Shown here piece after piece: positions 20,359 through 31,200 of a DNA stretch of 37,000 nt (positions within the stretch are counted from its first letter, which is position 1; each line of letters starts with the position of its first letter). The position numbers were made by a program, and so were the translations under genes. Origin of the DNA: an uncultured Verrucomicrobiales bacterium (GTDB lineage Bacteria; Verrucomicrobiota; Verrucomicrobiia; Verrucomicrobiales; DEV007); the NCBI GenBank assembly GCA_938091905.1, contig CALKOM010000033.1, positions 1 through 37,000 on the forward strand. Direction: 5' to 3'. The notes beneath the pieces were generated by a model. That model saw only the letters and a program-made list of their open reading frames with translations. It was not told where the DNA came from and made no database searches.

Positions 20359-20943
20359 TTACTCGGCTCCTGCCGGGAGGAAACCATGAGGCACGAGAGA
20401 CTCACCCAGCTCATCCATTGGCAACCCAACCACATTGGTCCACGACCCTTCAACAGCCTGAAGGACAAGATTGCCGTGCTCCTGGGCGGCATACCCCCCA
20501 GCTTTGTCCAAGGGATCGATTTTTGATAAATAGGCGCAAACTTCATCGTTGGTGAGCGCCTTGAACGTCACGTTCGTAATCACATGAAAGCTCTCGTCCA
20601 CCCCCGACTTCTGACTGATCAACGCGACTCCTGTGCAGACCTGATGCGTTCGACCGGCGAGGCTGGTGACCATGCGGATCGCCTCCTCAAGATCACTCGG
20701 CTTGCCTAGCGGAGCTTCATCCAGGTAGACCAAGGTATCTGCACCGATAACCAAAGCGTCAGGATGTAGCCTTGCCACATATTTCGCTTTGAGCGCTGCA
20801 TTGGCACAGGTCAACTCAGGGGGCTTTAAAGAAGCATCCATGGCTTCTTCCACATCAGCGGGAATGACTTCATAGTCGTAGCCCGCACCACGCATGAGAT
20901 CGACGCGACGTGGCGATTGAGAGCCTAGGATAAGGCGTTGCAT
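20359..20943 (-). CDS. maf: Maf-family nucleoside triphosphate pyrophosphatase (YhdE-like; start 20943 or 20952)
   Basis: LILGSQSPRR, GADT.V, LGKP, DKAGGY..Q, NVVGLP. Confidence 0.92.
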   Translation of the reverse strand: MQRLILGSQSPRRVDLMRGAGYDYEVIPADVEEAMDASLKPPELTCANAALKAKYVARLHPDALVIGADTLVYLDEAPLGKPSDLEEAIRMVTSLAGRTHQVCTGVALISQKSGVDESFHVITNVTFKALTNDEVCAYLSKIDPLDKAGGYAAQEHGNLVLQAVEGSWTNVVGLPMDELGESLVPHGFLPAGAE

Positions 20944-20955
20944 GACTTGCAAGCC

Positions 20956-22215
20956 TTACGCCGCGTCTTTGTTGGCCTTCTTGCGGAACGTCGCCGGACG
21001 TTTGCCTTCGACTACGGCGCGGTTGATACGAACGGTGTCCACATCATCACGGCTGGGGAGCTCATACATCACATCGAGCATGAGTTTCTCAAAGATCGAA
21101 CGCAGCGCCCGCGCTCCAGTCCCCCGACGAACAGCCTCGGCAGCCAGCGCCTGAAGACCATCTTTCGTGAGACCAAGCTTGGCACCTTCCATCGCGACGA
21201 GCTTGGAATACTGCTTCACCAACGCATTCTTGGGCTCCGTCAGAATACGCACAAGTTCCGCCTCGGTCAGCTTAGAAAGAGTACAAATGACTGGGAGTCG
21301 CCCAATAAACTCTGGGATAAGCCCAAACCCTAGCAAGTCCTCTTGCTCGACCTCCTTGAGATCGCGCGACTCTTCAGGATCAATCTTGCTACCAGGACTA
21401 TTAAATCCTAGCACATTCTTTCCTAGCCGACGCGCAATAACATCCTCCAGTCCCACGAACGCTCCGCCACAAATAAAGAGAATCTTCTCCGTATTCACCT
21501 GGATGTATTCTTGCTGCGGATGCTTTCGCCCACCCTGTGGTGGCACGTTACATACGGTACCTTCGAGAATCTTGAGCAGCGCCTGCTGCACACCTTCTCC
21601 AGAAACGTCACGAGTGATACTCACATTCTCAGTCTTTCGACCGATCTTATCGATCTCGTCAATGTAGATGATACCGAGTTCAGCACGACCAACATCATAG
21701 TCGGCAGACTGCAAGAGCCGGAGAACGATATTCTCCACATCCTCACCGACATAACCAGCTTCCGTTAGTGTAGTAGCATCGGCAATCGAAAAAGGCACAT
21801 TCAAAACACGAGCGAGCGTCTTTGCCAACAACGTCTTGCCCGAACCCGTTGGTCCGATAAGAACAATGTTACTTTTCTCGATCTCGACCTCATTAAAGTC
21901 CCCCAGAGTAGGATCCGCGAAGGCCGATTGCGAGATTCGCTTGTAATGATTGTGCACGGCCACGGAGAGCACACGCTTGGCGTGATCTTGGCCGATGACG
22001 TAATCATCAAGCCGAGTGCAAAGGTCCTGAGGCCTCGGAATTTCCCAGTCAGGATTGTAGCTTTCTTTCTCGCCTAGCTCTTTATCGAGGATGTCTTTGC
22101 AGACATTGATGCAGCTATCGCAAATGTAGACACCGGGACCCGCAATGAGTTTCTGGACTTCAGAATGGCTCTTTCCGCAGAAGGAGCACATGGTGAGTTT
22201 CGAAGCACGAGCCAT
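20956..22215 (-). CDS. clpX: ATP-dependent Clp protease ATP-binding subunit
   Basis: C4 zinc finger CSFCGK…[32 protein letters not shown] loop. Confidence 0.98.
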   Translation of the reverse strand: MARASKLTMCSFCGKSHSEVQKLIAGPGVYICDSCINVCKDILDKELGEKESYNPDWEIPRPQDLCTRLDDYVIGQDHAKRVLSVAVHNHYKRISQSAFADPTLGDFNEVEIEKSNIVLIGPTGSGKTLLAKTLARVLNVPFSIADATTLTEAGYVGEDVENIVLRLLQSADYDVGRAELGIIYIDEIDKIGRKTENVSITRDVSGEGVQQALLKILEGTVCNVPPQGGRKHPQQEYIQVNTEKILFICGGAFVGLEDVIARRLGKNVLGFNSPGSKIDPEESRDLKEVEQEDLLGFGLIPEFIGRLPVICTLSKLTEAELVRILTEPKNALVKQYSKLVAMEGAKLGLTKDGLQALAAEAVRRGTGARALRSIFEKLMLDVMYELPSRDDVDTVRINRAVVEGKRPATFRKKANKDAA

Positions 22216-22276
22216 AGGTGAATTAGGGGGTTTGCCTGCCAGTTCCGCCAGACGCTATCTTAGGCTAGGTCGGATT

Positions 22277-22963
22277 CTAGGATTTGTCCTCCGATCCTTC
22301 AGAATCTTCCTTCTTCTTTTCAGCTGACTGCGTATTCTCGAGGACTTCATCGACCAAACCATACGCTTTGGCTTCTTCCGCTGTCATGTAGTAGTCCCGA
22401 TCAGCGTCTCTCTCCACCTCCTCTGCGGTCTTGCCGGTGTGCCTAGCGAGGATCTTATTCAGGCGCTGCTTGAGACGATACATGTATTCCACGGTGCGCT
22501 CAACGTCACTCGCGGTGCCCTGAGCACCACCGGAGACCTGGTGAATCATGATGTCCGAGTTGGGCAGTGCGTATCGCTTGCCGGTGGTCCCCGCCGCGAG
22601 AAGGACTGCTCCCATACTGGCTGCAATCCCGATGCAGTAGGTGTTCACGTTGCATGTGAGAAACTGCATGGTGTCATACATGGCAAGGCCAGCGGACACC
22701 GATCCGCCCGGAGAATTGATATAAAGATTGATGTCCTTTTGCGGGTCTTGCATCTGCAAGAAGAGCAGCTGGGCGATGACGATGTTAGCAACCTGATCAT
22801 CAATCGGCGTGCCCAAGAAGACAATGCGGTCCTTGAGCAAACGTGAGTAGATGTCATATCCCCGTTCGCCTCGCGCATCCGACTCGATCACCGTTGGCAC
22901 GATATAGTTCTGTGGAAAGGCTTGCCCCATGACGGAGCCTGACAAATCGGTCGGTAAATTCAT
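22277..22963 (-). CDS. clpP: Clp protease proteolytic subunit (start reassigned to ATG 22963)
   Basis: [31 protein letters not shown]. Confidence 0.97.
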   Translation of the reverse strand: MNLPTDLSGSVMGQAFPQNYIVPTVIESDARGERGYDIYSRLLKDRIVFLGTPIDDQVANIVIAQLLFLQMQDPQKDINLYINSPGGSVSAGLAMYDTMQFLTCNVNTYCIGIAASMGAVLLAAGTTGKRYALPNSDIMIHQVSGGAQGTASDVERTVEYMYRLKQRLNKILARHTGKTAEEVERDADRDYYMTAEEAKAYGLVDEVLENTQSAEKKKEDSEGSEDKS

Positions 22964-22988
22964 GATGACTGGTTGGGTGGAATCGGAG

Positions 22989-24350
22989 TTAGGCCGTGGC
23001 ACTCTCGTCCCACAATTGGTCGAGGGCATTCTGGTCCTCGTCCACGGTGACGCTAGCGTTCTCCTTCACGAAATCAAGGGCCTTGCCGAAGAGGATCTCT
23101 TCCGCGATGGAATTCAGCTGTCCATTAGAACGAAGAATGCGAATCGCTTTCTTGGGACTCATACGTGCTTGAGCGGCCATCAGTTGAATGCGCTGCATCA
23201 CTTCCTGGTCGTTCACCTTGAGCCCCTCGGCTTGCGAAATCTGGTTGAGAATGAACTTCGCTTTCACATCGCGACGCCCCATGGCGGATGCCGCGTCCAC
23301 AATTTCGTCCTCTTTTTCGACCAACATGTTCTCATCCACGCCACGTTGTTGACTGTCGTTGACGATGCGATTGACATGACTCTGGGTCTCCTGAGCGACC
23401 ATGGACTCCGGAAGGTCAAAATCGACCAAACTGTGGAGATACTCCATCGTCTTCTGGGTTTTCACCGACTCCACATGCTGGGTGGATTCTTGCTCAAGAC
23501 GCTCACGCATGTCCTTTGTAAAGTCCTCTGCGGTCTCAAACTCACCTCGGGAGGTCTCTTTGACCTTCTCGTCGGTGAGTTCAGGAGGATCCTTACGCAT
23601 GATCTTGGTCAACTTGACCGCGTATTCCACTTCCTTCCCTTTCAGGTCCTCTTCACCAAAATCCTCTGGCAAAGTCAGCTTAAACTCAAACTCGTCGCCA
23701 GGCTTGTGATCGAGCAGTTCACCGCAGAATCCTGGTAGAAAGGCCTCTTCGTCCATGTACATCCAGGCCTCGTCGCGCTCGAAGAAACCTCGAGACATCG
23801 GCGGAGAGTCTTCTTTTACAAGAGGCTCACCATCAAGCGTCGCCTTGTAGTCAATCACCGCGTAATGGCCCATCTCTAGAGCGCCCTCTTCGACATCCGC
23901 ATAGTCCGCATGCTGGTCCTTCCAGCGCTCGATCAATGTCTCGAGGTGCTCATCCGTCACCTCCTCCTTAGGGAGCTCAATGGGGATTCCTTTGTAGTCG
24001 GGCAGCTCAAAGGATGGAGCCACGAGAAGATCCGCTCTCAACGTGTAGCTCTCATCCACATTCGAAACCATTTCATCCTTCATCACTGCCAAGATGTGCA
24101 GGTCTTCCTTCTGCCGGGCCTCAGACATCGCCTGCTCACCGAGCTTCTTCTCCATTTCCTCTTTGATCCCAGATGCAAAACGCTTCTCGATCAGCTTGCG
24201 CGGCACCTTGCCAGGCCGGTAACCAGGCACTTTTGCCTGCATGAGGAATTGCTTCGTCACTCCTTCGCGGGCTACCGTGACGGTTTCCACAGGGATCTCG
24301 ACGGTCAGTGTCGCCTGGCATTTCTCGCCTTGAGTGAGGTTGATAGTCAT
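22989..24350 (-). CDS. tig: Trigger factor (start reassigned to ATG 24350)
   Basis: Ribosome-binding motif [14 protein letters not shown]-like domain, canonical tig-clpP-clpX order. Confidence 0.93.
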   Translation of the reverse strand: MTINLTQGEKCQATLTVEIPVETVTVAREGVTKQFLMQAKVPGYRPGKVPRKLIEKRFASGIKEEMEKKLGEQAMSEARQKEDLHILAVMKDEMVSNVDESYTLRADLLVAPSFELPDYKGIPIELPKEEVTDEHLETLIERWKDQHADYADVEEGALEMGHYAVIDYKATLDGEPLVKEDSPPMSRGFFERDEAWMYMDEEAFLPGFCGELLDHKPGDEFEFKLTLPEDFGEEDLKGKEVEYAVKLTKIMRKDPPELTDEKVKETSRGEFETAEDFTKDMRERLEQESTQHVESVKTQKTMEYLHSLVDFDLPESMVAQETQSHVNRIVNDSQQRGVDENMLVEKEDEIVDAASAMGRRDVKAKFILNQISQAEGLKVNDQEVMQRIQLMAAQARMSPKKAIRILRSNGQLNSIAEEILFGKALDFVKENASVTVDEDQNALDQLWDESATA

Positions 24351-24418
24351 GGGTATGTTGAGGAAATAAAGTCGGTCAAATTCTGAGGCTCTACCCCGCC
24401 TGGGCGGGGAGGACGGCA

Positions 24419-24447
24419 ACCCTAGGAGCGCTTTACAGATTTGACAA
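24419..24447 (-). promoter_or_regulatory. Putative sigma70 promoter of the tig operon
   Basis: Minus strand TTGTCA-17 bp-TAGGGT, then a leader hairpin CCCCGC-N4-GCGGGG (24394-24409). Confidence 0.45.
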
Positions 24448-24564
24448 CGGGTGAAGCCGGAATTTGGAAGCCCTTCTCAGATCCCGGATGACAAGCCGAT
24501 TCCAGGCTGCCAGGAGAGCTCGCTCCATTGACTCTGAGTGAAATCGCGCCTCTCCTCGTCCGCT

Positions 24565-25239
24565 ATGATTCTACCTGCAGGCTTCGGTGTGATCTTTGAC
24601 TGGGATGGCGTCGTCATCGATTCTGAGGACTTCCACCGACGCAGTTGGAAACTGCTCCAGGCCGAGGAGAATCTCACGATGAAGAAGGGTGCCTTCGAGA
24701 TCTCCTTCGGCATGCGAAATGAACAAATCATCCCAAACGTCTTCAAATGGGCAGAGCCTAGCGACACCGAGCGCATCCAAGCTCTCGCTGACCGCAAAGA
24801 ATCGCTCTACCGCGAACTCATCCGAGCCGAAAGTATCGACCCGCTTCCTGGTGTGGTCACTTTGCTAGACGAACTTGCGTTTGCTGCCGTCCCAACCTCC
24901 GTGGGATCCTCAACACCACGTGCCAACATCGACGCCGTTATGGAGGTGACCGGCGTGACTGGGAAATTCCGTGAGATCGTCGCCGCCGGGGATGTCACCA
25001 ACGGCAAGCCTAATCCCGAGGTCTTCCTAACAGCAGCCTCACGTCTCGGTTGCACACCGGGATACAGCGTCGTCATCGAAGACGCCCAAGTAGGTATTCA
25101 AGCAGGCAAAGCTGGCGGCTTCAAGGTGTTGGCAGTTGCCACAACACATGCCGCGGAAGAACTCTCAACTGCCGACATTTGCCATCCCGACCTATCCTCA
25201 GTCACACTAAACACGTTGCTCGATTTGGTGAATCCGTGA
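24565..25239 (+). CDS. HAD-superfamily phosphatase (beta-phosphoglucomutase-like)
   Basis: IFDWDGVVIDS, SS, GKP.P..F, IEDA..G. TTGACT-17-TCTCCT just upstream suggests a near-leaderless ATG at 24565. Confidence 0.9.
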   Translation: MILPAGFGVIFDWDGVVIDSEDFHRRSWKLLQAEENLTMKKGAFEISFGMRNEQIIPNVFKWAEPSDTERIQALADRKESLYRELIRAESIDPLPGVVTLLDELAFAAVPTSVGSSTPRANIDAVMEVTGVTGKFREIVAAGDVTNGKPNPEVFLTAASRLGCTPGYSVVIEDAQVGIQAGKAGGFKVLAVATTHAAEELSTADICHPDLSSVTLNTLLDLVNP

Positions 25240-25937
25240 GTTCCACGGAACAACAGCTTATAGAGAACCTCACCTCTCCCCAGCGATCTACCGTCGAGGC
25301 CATTCTCGCGCGGTCCGAATGTCATACCATTCCTGCCAAAGCCTTAGAAACGGCCTTAGCGTTGGTTCATGTCCACGCCGACGACGCCACTGCGCACCTC
25401 CTTTCCGTCCTCGCCCGCACCGTGGTCTTCGTTCTTCTAAAAGATCCGCAGGACTGGGAAACCCTGCTCATCTTGGAGAACGCAGAAGGCACCTCCTACC
25501 TCGCCGCGTTTAGTTCGGAGGCTCAGGTCGAAACCGCTCGACGAGAGTATGGGGCATCCTATCAAAGCACCACAATCGATGTCGTGCTCCTTTGTCGCAG
25601 CGTGGGCGGCAAGCTCGGCCTCGCCATCAACCCACACGATGAGGTGCTCTCCTTCGTGATTGCTCCCGAGATCTTCGCTCCCTTTAGAAGCTCACTGCGA
25701 GAAAGAAGCAAGCCTGTGCCAGGAAACTACTATTCCGTATTTGCGGGTTCGTCAGGATATCATGCCGCACGAATTGACAGCGCCACAGCATCGCTACTCA
25801 AGCTCACCTGGCTCGAGGCCGGTTGGCCGATGCGCCCAGCCAACATCGATCTCGAAACCTGCACGAACTACGCGCCCAAGTCTTGCGAAACCAGTCCCAA
25901 GGCTTTCCAAAGGTGGCTCCCACTGGCTGCCATATGA
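25236..25937 (+). CDS. SseB-family domain protein
   Basis: GTGA overlap with the HAD stop; G..YLAAFSS and GLAINP SseB-like motifs. Confidence 0.6.
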   Translation: MSSTEQQLIENLTSPQRSTVEAILARSECHTIPAKALETALALVHVHADDATAHLLSVLARTVVFVLLKDPQDWETLLILENAEGTSYLAAFSSEAQVETARREYGASYQSTTIDVVLLCRSVGGKLGLAINPHDEVLSFVIAPEIFAPFRSSLRERSKPVPGNYYSVFAGSSGYHAARIDSATASLLKLTWLEAGWPMRPANIDLETCTNYAPKSCETSPKAFQRWLPLAAI

Positions 25938-25952
25938 AGGCCAGCAGCCAAC

Positions 25953-26363
25953 TCATGAGCGCAACGTGAACACGGATAGGAAAGGCGTGTGTTTCTCTTC
26001 CAACTCGGCTAACGGACCAACCAACTCAAAGGTCGCGAGCCACTTTATCCTCGAATGAAAGTGCAAGAATCCAAGGGCGTAGGGGCCACGCAAGAATCGG
26101 CCGTTCTCACCTCGATACCGCAACAACACGCGATAGCCAATGAGGAAGAAGTCTTTGCCCAGAAATTTGGGGAATCCTTTAGGACGAAGGTTCTCCGTTT
26201 CTACCATGGCTGCGGCCACGAAGGCCCATTTATCCGCGTGGAGATCCAAGCTCAGACAAGGAAGGATCGCCGTTGACAACTATGCCTTCGGATAGGCAAA
26301 GCCCAGAAATAAAGAACGCTTCAGACGAGCGTCCACTGGAAAGGGATGTTGGTTAAGTCGCAT
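25953..26363 (-). pseudogene. DUF2071-family pseudogene (in-frame TAG 26280-26282) joined to an unrelated C-terminal fragment
   Basis: MRLNQHPFPVDA…YPKA*LSTAILPCL.LD…DKWAFVA.AMV.T..LRPKGFPKFLG.DFFLIGYR…RG.Y recalls the DUF2071 N-terminal half; the sequence then changes character. Confidence 0.65.
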
Positions 26364-26496
26364 ATCTTCCGAAGTTCTCCCAGGCCGCGGCACCCATGAA
26401 CCCCAAAGCAAACAGCAGATTCCAAGGGCCCCACAACAACAAATCTGAAGCAATCCGGGCTTCTAAGAGGTTTATCGCCCCAACCAGAGCGATCTG
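26353..26496 (-). pseudogene. C-terminal remnant of a DoxX-like membrane protein
   Basis: QIALVGAINLLEARIASDLLLWGPWNLLFALGFMG…*, no start codon, stop overlaps the DUF2071 5' end. Confidence 0.5.
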
Positions 26497-26505
26497 CTTA
26501 CAAGC

Positions 26506-26988
26506 CTAACGATTCAGCCACCAATAACTGGCGTTCAGGTAGGTCGCGAAGCTCACCCATGCCAGGTAAGGCAGGAGGAGGGGTGCCGTCATGGGCTCAA
26601 GCCGACAAAAGTGACGGATCGTCATCAAAATCGCTCCCCACAAGAGAACAATGATCAGAAGGGCCAACAACATTTCGTGCATGGCAAAGAACACCGGTGT
26701 CCAAGCAAGATTAAGAAGGAGCTGACAACCAAACCAAAGCAGAGCAACCCGTTTCGCGTTGCCAGGCTTCGCCCGGTGCCAGACAAGGGCGAAGGCGGTT
26801 CCCATCATCGCATAGAGACAGATCCAAACCGGGCCGAAGATCCCGTTTGGCGGATTCAAGAGCGGCTTGTTCAGCGTCGCATACCAGTTCGGAATCTGGC
26901 TGCTAGTCACACCCGCTCCCAAGCCGCCCAGGGATTCGACAACAAAGATCGAAACAAGTAACTTAGCCCAAAAAGGCAGACGCATCAT
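26506..26988 (-). CDS. tspO: TspO/MBR tryptophan-rich sensory protein
   Basis: WYATLNKP..NPP..IFGPVW..LY, LNLAWTPVFF, LLLPYLAWVSFATYLN. Confidence 0.93.
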   Translation of the reverse strand: MMRLPFWAKLLVSIFVVESLGGLGAGVTSSQIPNWYATLNKPLLNPPNGIFGPVWICLYAMMGTAFALVWHRAKPGNAKRVALLWFGCQLLLNLAWTPVFFAMHEMLLALLIIVLLWGAILMTIRHFCRLEPMTAPLLLPYLAWVSFATYLNASYWWLNR

Positions 26989-27022
26989 TCTCAGTGAACG
27001 CTGGTCAAGCTTCCATGGATGC

Positions 27023-27607
27023 CTAGAGCCCCGGACCGGCCAGGTGATGGCGCATCCGATCGGCGGCTGCCGCCAACGTCACACTCGTATCGACCACCTC
27101 TCGAGCTGCTCCCTTGGAAGAAACTAACACAATATTTCCAGTGCGTTTGTAATCGTTGAAGATGGAATCTAACCCAAGGTCATGACTCAGCAGCTCCGCC
27201 TGCCGAACAGCACAGTCCGAACTGTAATCGAACTTGATGAAGAGCACCGGCTCCTCAACAAACTCTCTCTGGAGCTCGGCGAACACCGGATCCATGGCTT
27301 CGGAGTTCGCACAACCTTTCGCATGAATCATGACCGCGACCAGTTTACGATCCTCAAGAAGATCGTTTGGAGATGTCGATGCTATCTCAGGCCCGTTTGC
27401 ACTCCCAGATGGCTTTGCCATCAACGTAAATGCTAGAGAAACGACAGCCGCAGTCGCCAACGCCGTGGCTCCAATCGCCCAGCGCTTCCAACGATAGGCC
27501 GAGCGCGCTACAACACAGGCACCCAGGATCTCGCAGACCCGCGAGTCTGCGAGCCGACTCGTTTCATAGTGTGCTTTCAGTAGCTCATCTAGGTGGTCAC
27601 TATCCAT
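27023..27607 (-). CDS. Putative single-pass anti-sigma factor with extracytoplasmic thioredoxin-like domain
   Basis: Overlaps the ECF stop. Short cytoplasmic N-terminus (LDELLKAHYE), one TM after RWKRW, then VAVMIHAKGCANSEAMDPVF…VLFIKFD. Confidence 0.65.
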   Translation of the reverse strand: MDSDHLDELLKAHYETSRLADSRVCEILGACVVARSAYRWKRWAIGATALATAAVVSLAFTLMAKPSGSANGPEIASTSPNDLLEDRKLVAVMIHAKGCANSEAMDPVFAELQREFVEEPVLFIKFDYSSDCAVRQAELLSHDLGLDSIFNDYKRTGNIVLVSSKGAAREVVDTSVTLAAAADRMRHHLAGPGL

Positions 27608-28097
27608 GAGAACCTCCTTTCGCGACCGCTTTGGTAGTTTCCGCCCGCTCGCCTGCCATCAACCGCGTTTTGGCCCGCGAGATCATGTTCAACACGGTAC
27701 TTCTTGGCTTGCCCAACATGGAAGCCAGCTCAGCAGCGGAGTATCCTTCTATACAATTAAGAAAGATCACCTCGCGCTCCTCCGCACTTAGACGGCTGAG
27801 ACTTGTTTCAAGGTCAAGCTTTGTCCCAAGTTCGGAGCTGGTAGGGGCGGGGAATGGTGTATCGATCATTTCTAACGAGTCAAAAGGGATCAATTTCTTA
27901 CGACGGACCTGGTCGTAGAAGAGATTGCGGATGGTCGTGAGCAGATAGCCCCTGGACGACAAACTTCCCTGTTTGCCAATGACCCTCAGGCATGCCTGCT
28001 GCACGAGGTCCTCAGCGTCATGACGATCATTGGCCAGAGACAACGCAAAGCGATAGCCCACTCGAACGAGCTCTGCTTCGCTGGAATCCGTTGTCAT
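27600..28097 (-). CDS. ECF RNA polymerase sigma factor
   Basis: DAEDLVQ, YL.T.IRNLFYD..RR (region 2); REVIFL..IEGYS..E.A.MLG.P.STV…ISRA (region 4). Confidence 0.92.
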   Translation of the reverse strand: MTTDSSEAELVRVGYRFALSLANDRHDAEDLVQQACLRVIGKQGSLSSRGYLLTTIRNLFYDQVRRKKLIPFDSLEMIDTPFPAPTSSELGTKLDLETSLSRLSAEEREVIFLNCIEGYSAAELASMLGKPRSTVLNMISRAKTRLMAGERAETTKAVAKGGSHG

Positions 28098-28215
28098 GAA
28101 AGGGAGGGTAAAAAACTCACTATCTAGAGGACGAACGAGATCTCAAATTGATCCCCTATTTCTCGAGGATTGATTTGCGTGGAGTATGAGGTGCCACCTG
28201 TGCTATCACGGCAGA

Positions 28216-31200
28216 ATGAACAATCTCCTACTAGGCTGGCTGCTGGCGTTCCTCCTCGGAAATGCTCCGCTTTTAGCAGATTCTTGGATCTCGTACAACG
28301 ATCTGGCGGACACGGATCCGGACAATTCACCAGCCAACATCACTTCCTATGGCTTTGGCCGCAGCTACAGCGGTGATGGGATGGAAGGAGAGCTGCTAGA
28401 CTATGAAACGGCTGCCGGAACTGGCATCCAGGTCGCTTTCTTTGAAATGGTCTCGGAGGGTAATACGATCAACTGGGCCGGCGACGCTGCCGAGTTCATC
28501 GAGGGTACCGATGCCAACGACAGCTTTGGCGAAGCTCTAAATTTACAGGGCAATCTTAGCTATAACGATGCCCCTGGCTGGCACTTTGACATCATCCTAA
28601 CGGGTCTGGATCCTAACCGAACCTACAGCTTTGCAGCCACTGCCAATCGCAATGGAGGAAGTTCCTATGCCGAGCGGGTGACGAATTGGAGCCTCCTTGA
28701 GGCCGATAGTTATCAGTACGCGAGTTCGGCAACCGCTCACAAGATCGATGAGGCGACCGTCGAATTCAGTACCGGAAACAATGAAGCCGGAAACGTCGCG
28801 CGTTGGACAAAGATTCAGGCCGGAGACGATGGCCGTATCGTTATCCGCACCACACATGGCGCGGGTGAGGAGAATGGTGGCTTACCCGGGGCGCATTCCT
28901 ACAAAGGGTATGCTGGCGGCGTATTCTCGTTATCATTGGAGGCAGCCGAGACTGCCTACCAATGGATCGCTTATAATGACGCAGTAAGCTTGGATCCAGA
29001 TGGGGCGTCCGAGGATATTACTAGCATTGGATTAGGACGTGGCTACGATGGTCCAAACGAAGGCACCCTGCGCAACTCCAACACGGGAGATGATTTGGGA
29101 ATCATGGTCACCCTCACAGAGACCGTGTCGGAAGGAAACACGATCAGCTGGGCCGGAGATACCGCAGAGTTTACCGAGGGCACAGACGCCGCAGACACCT
29201 TTGGCGGTATTCTCGATCTTGCCGGCAACATGAGTTACAACGATGCCCCCGGGTGGCATTTGGACACAACGTTCTCCGGCCTCGATCCTAACAAAGTATA
29301 TACGTATGCCGGGACCGTGAATCGCAACGGCGGCGATTCCTACGGGGAACGCGTGACGAATTGGATGATCTTGGGATCAGAAGGCTATGTCTTCGGGAGC
29401 ACGGAAGGCACCCACAAGGTCGCTGATGACGCCGTTGAATTCAGCACGGGTAATAATGTTGCAGGCTACGTCGCGCGTTGGACAGATATTCAACCCAGCG
29501 CCGAGGGTACCTTCACGATTCGGACCAGTCATGGAATCGGCGAGGAGAACGGCGGACTTCCTGGTGCGCACGCCTACAAGGGCTATGCAGGGGGCCTTTT
29601 TCTCCTCATGGAACAGACTTCTATTACGAATCAACCGACCGCTCCAGCGGTAGAAGTCTTCCGGCTAACGCCTCTGAATGAGCAGGCCAAGACCCATCCG
29701 AATACACCTGTTCAAGCCATCCTGAAACACACACGGGCGACCGTCGATCCCGAGTCAGTCTCCTTGACGGTCGACGGGAATACGGTGGTATCCAACATCA
29801 CCGCTAGCCCGGAGGAAACGCGTATCTTCTTCCCAGCAGAGGCACTCTTTGCTTCCGGTAGCACACACGAGGCTGTGCTCCAGTTCAGCGATCTCGCTGA
29901 TCCACCAACAGACTACGAAACCGCATGGTCGTTCACCGTAGAAACTTACACTGACCAAGAGTTGTTCCCTGTGATTCCAGCAGCATTGGCACAACCGCTA
30001 GAGAATCTATCAGATCCCACTCGAGGCTTCGCCGTTCGTATTGGTGCACCCACGTTCGACGGCGAGGTGACGGTGGGCGCGTTAGAAGATGTGGAGACGC
30101 TTTGGGATGAAGACTTCGAGAATGTAGCAGACTCCACGGACTACAATCCCGCAGGGTACTTTATCGAAAGCGGTTCCTTAAACTATCAAACCGATGGCGC
30201 CGCCCGCGGAAACAAGACAGGTGAACAATTCTTTCCGGGCATCGAAAGCAGCGAGGTTCCAGGCGTCGCTTTCGCCATGGAATCGCACAGCCTCTGGTAT
30301 CTCCGACGCGGCTTTTATACACTCAACGTGACCGTAGGCACCGAGTTCGAAATCTATCTCGGCGCGGCCGGACAAGAAGTGCAACTGCCGCGCACCTTCC
30401 CCGAGTGCAACAACTGTGGCGGTGAAGACGCCGCCTGGGTAGTGAACTTTATCATCGAAGAAGAGGGGCTTTATCCAGCCAGGATCGTCTACTTCAACGC
30501 CGAAGGCGGTGGAAGCTTCGAACTGCTTGAGGCCGCTCCTGGTGGAGCTCGACATCTTATCAACAGCGGTCATCCAAACGCCATTGTCAGCTACGTTCCC
30601 CCAGAATTCCTCACCGACCCGCTACAGATCCTGACTATGACCCCTATAAACAATCAATGGCAAATCGACTTCCTGACTCCTGATCCTGAGGCCATTCACG
30701 AAGTGCAATCCAGTGTGACGTTGATGCAGGAATCATGGGCGACTGAGCCTAACACCACGATCGAGAATCTGAACAATGGGCTCCTACGTGCGTTGGTCCC
30801 TCAAAACGATTCCACGATCCAGTTCTTCCGTGTCGCATTGCAACCACCTCCACCCGTCTTCTTCGATGACATGGAAGCGGGAGCTAACGATTGGGTCGTT
30901 GGACTTCGTGAAGGAGCGACAGCTACCGCGACAGCATGGGAGATCGGCACACCTGAAACCGCGAGCGGCCTGGTAGAAGGAGCCTTCAGCGGAGTCCAAT
31001 GCTGGGCCACAGACCTCGACGCCACGTATGCTCCAGGCGCGCTCATTACCTTGCGAAGCCCTGTCATTGACCTAGCCAATGTCGAACGCCCGCGCCTCCG
31101 CTTTCAGTACGCCGTCGATAGCACAGAGGAAGTCGAAGGTGGTCGCATCAATTTCCGCAACGAGAGTGGCGAGATCCTAGTAGAGTCGGACTTCGTATTC

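Noticed and set aside
24350..24565. tRNA upstream of tig
   Set aside because: No cloverleaf, T-loop GTTCRA or CCA end; only a short hairpin and promoter-like motifs
5784..26508. Genome-wide TAG reassignment suggested by several in-frame ambers
   Set aside because: gltA, sucD, HU, mutY, gpsA, plsY and clpP all end at TAG at expected lengths
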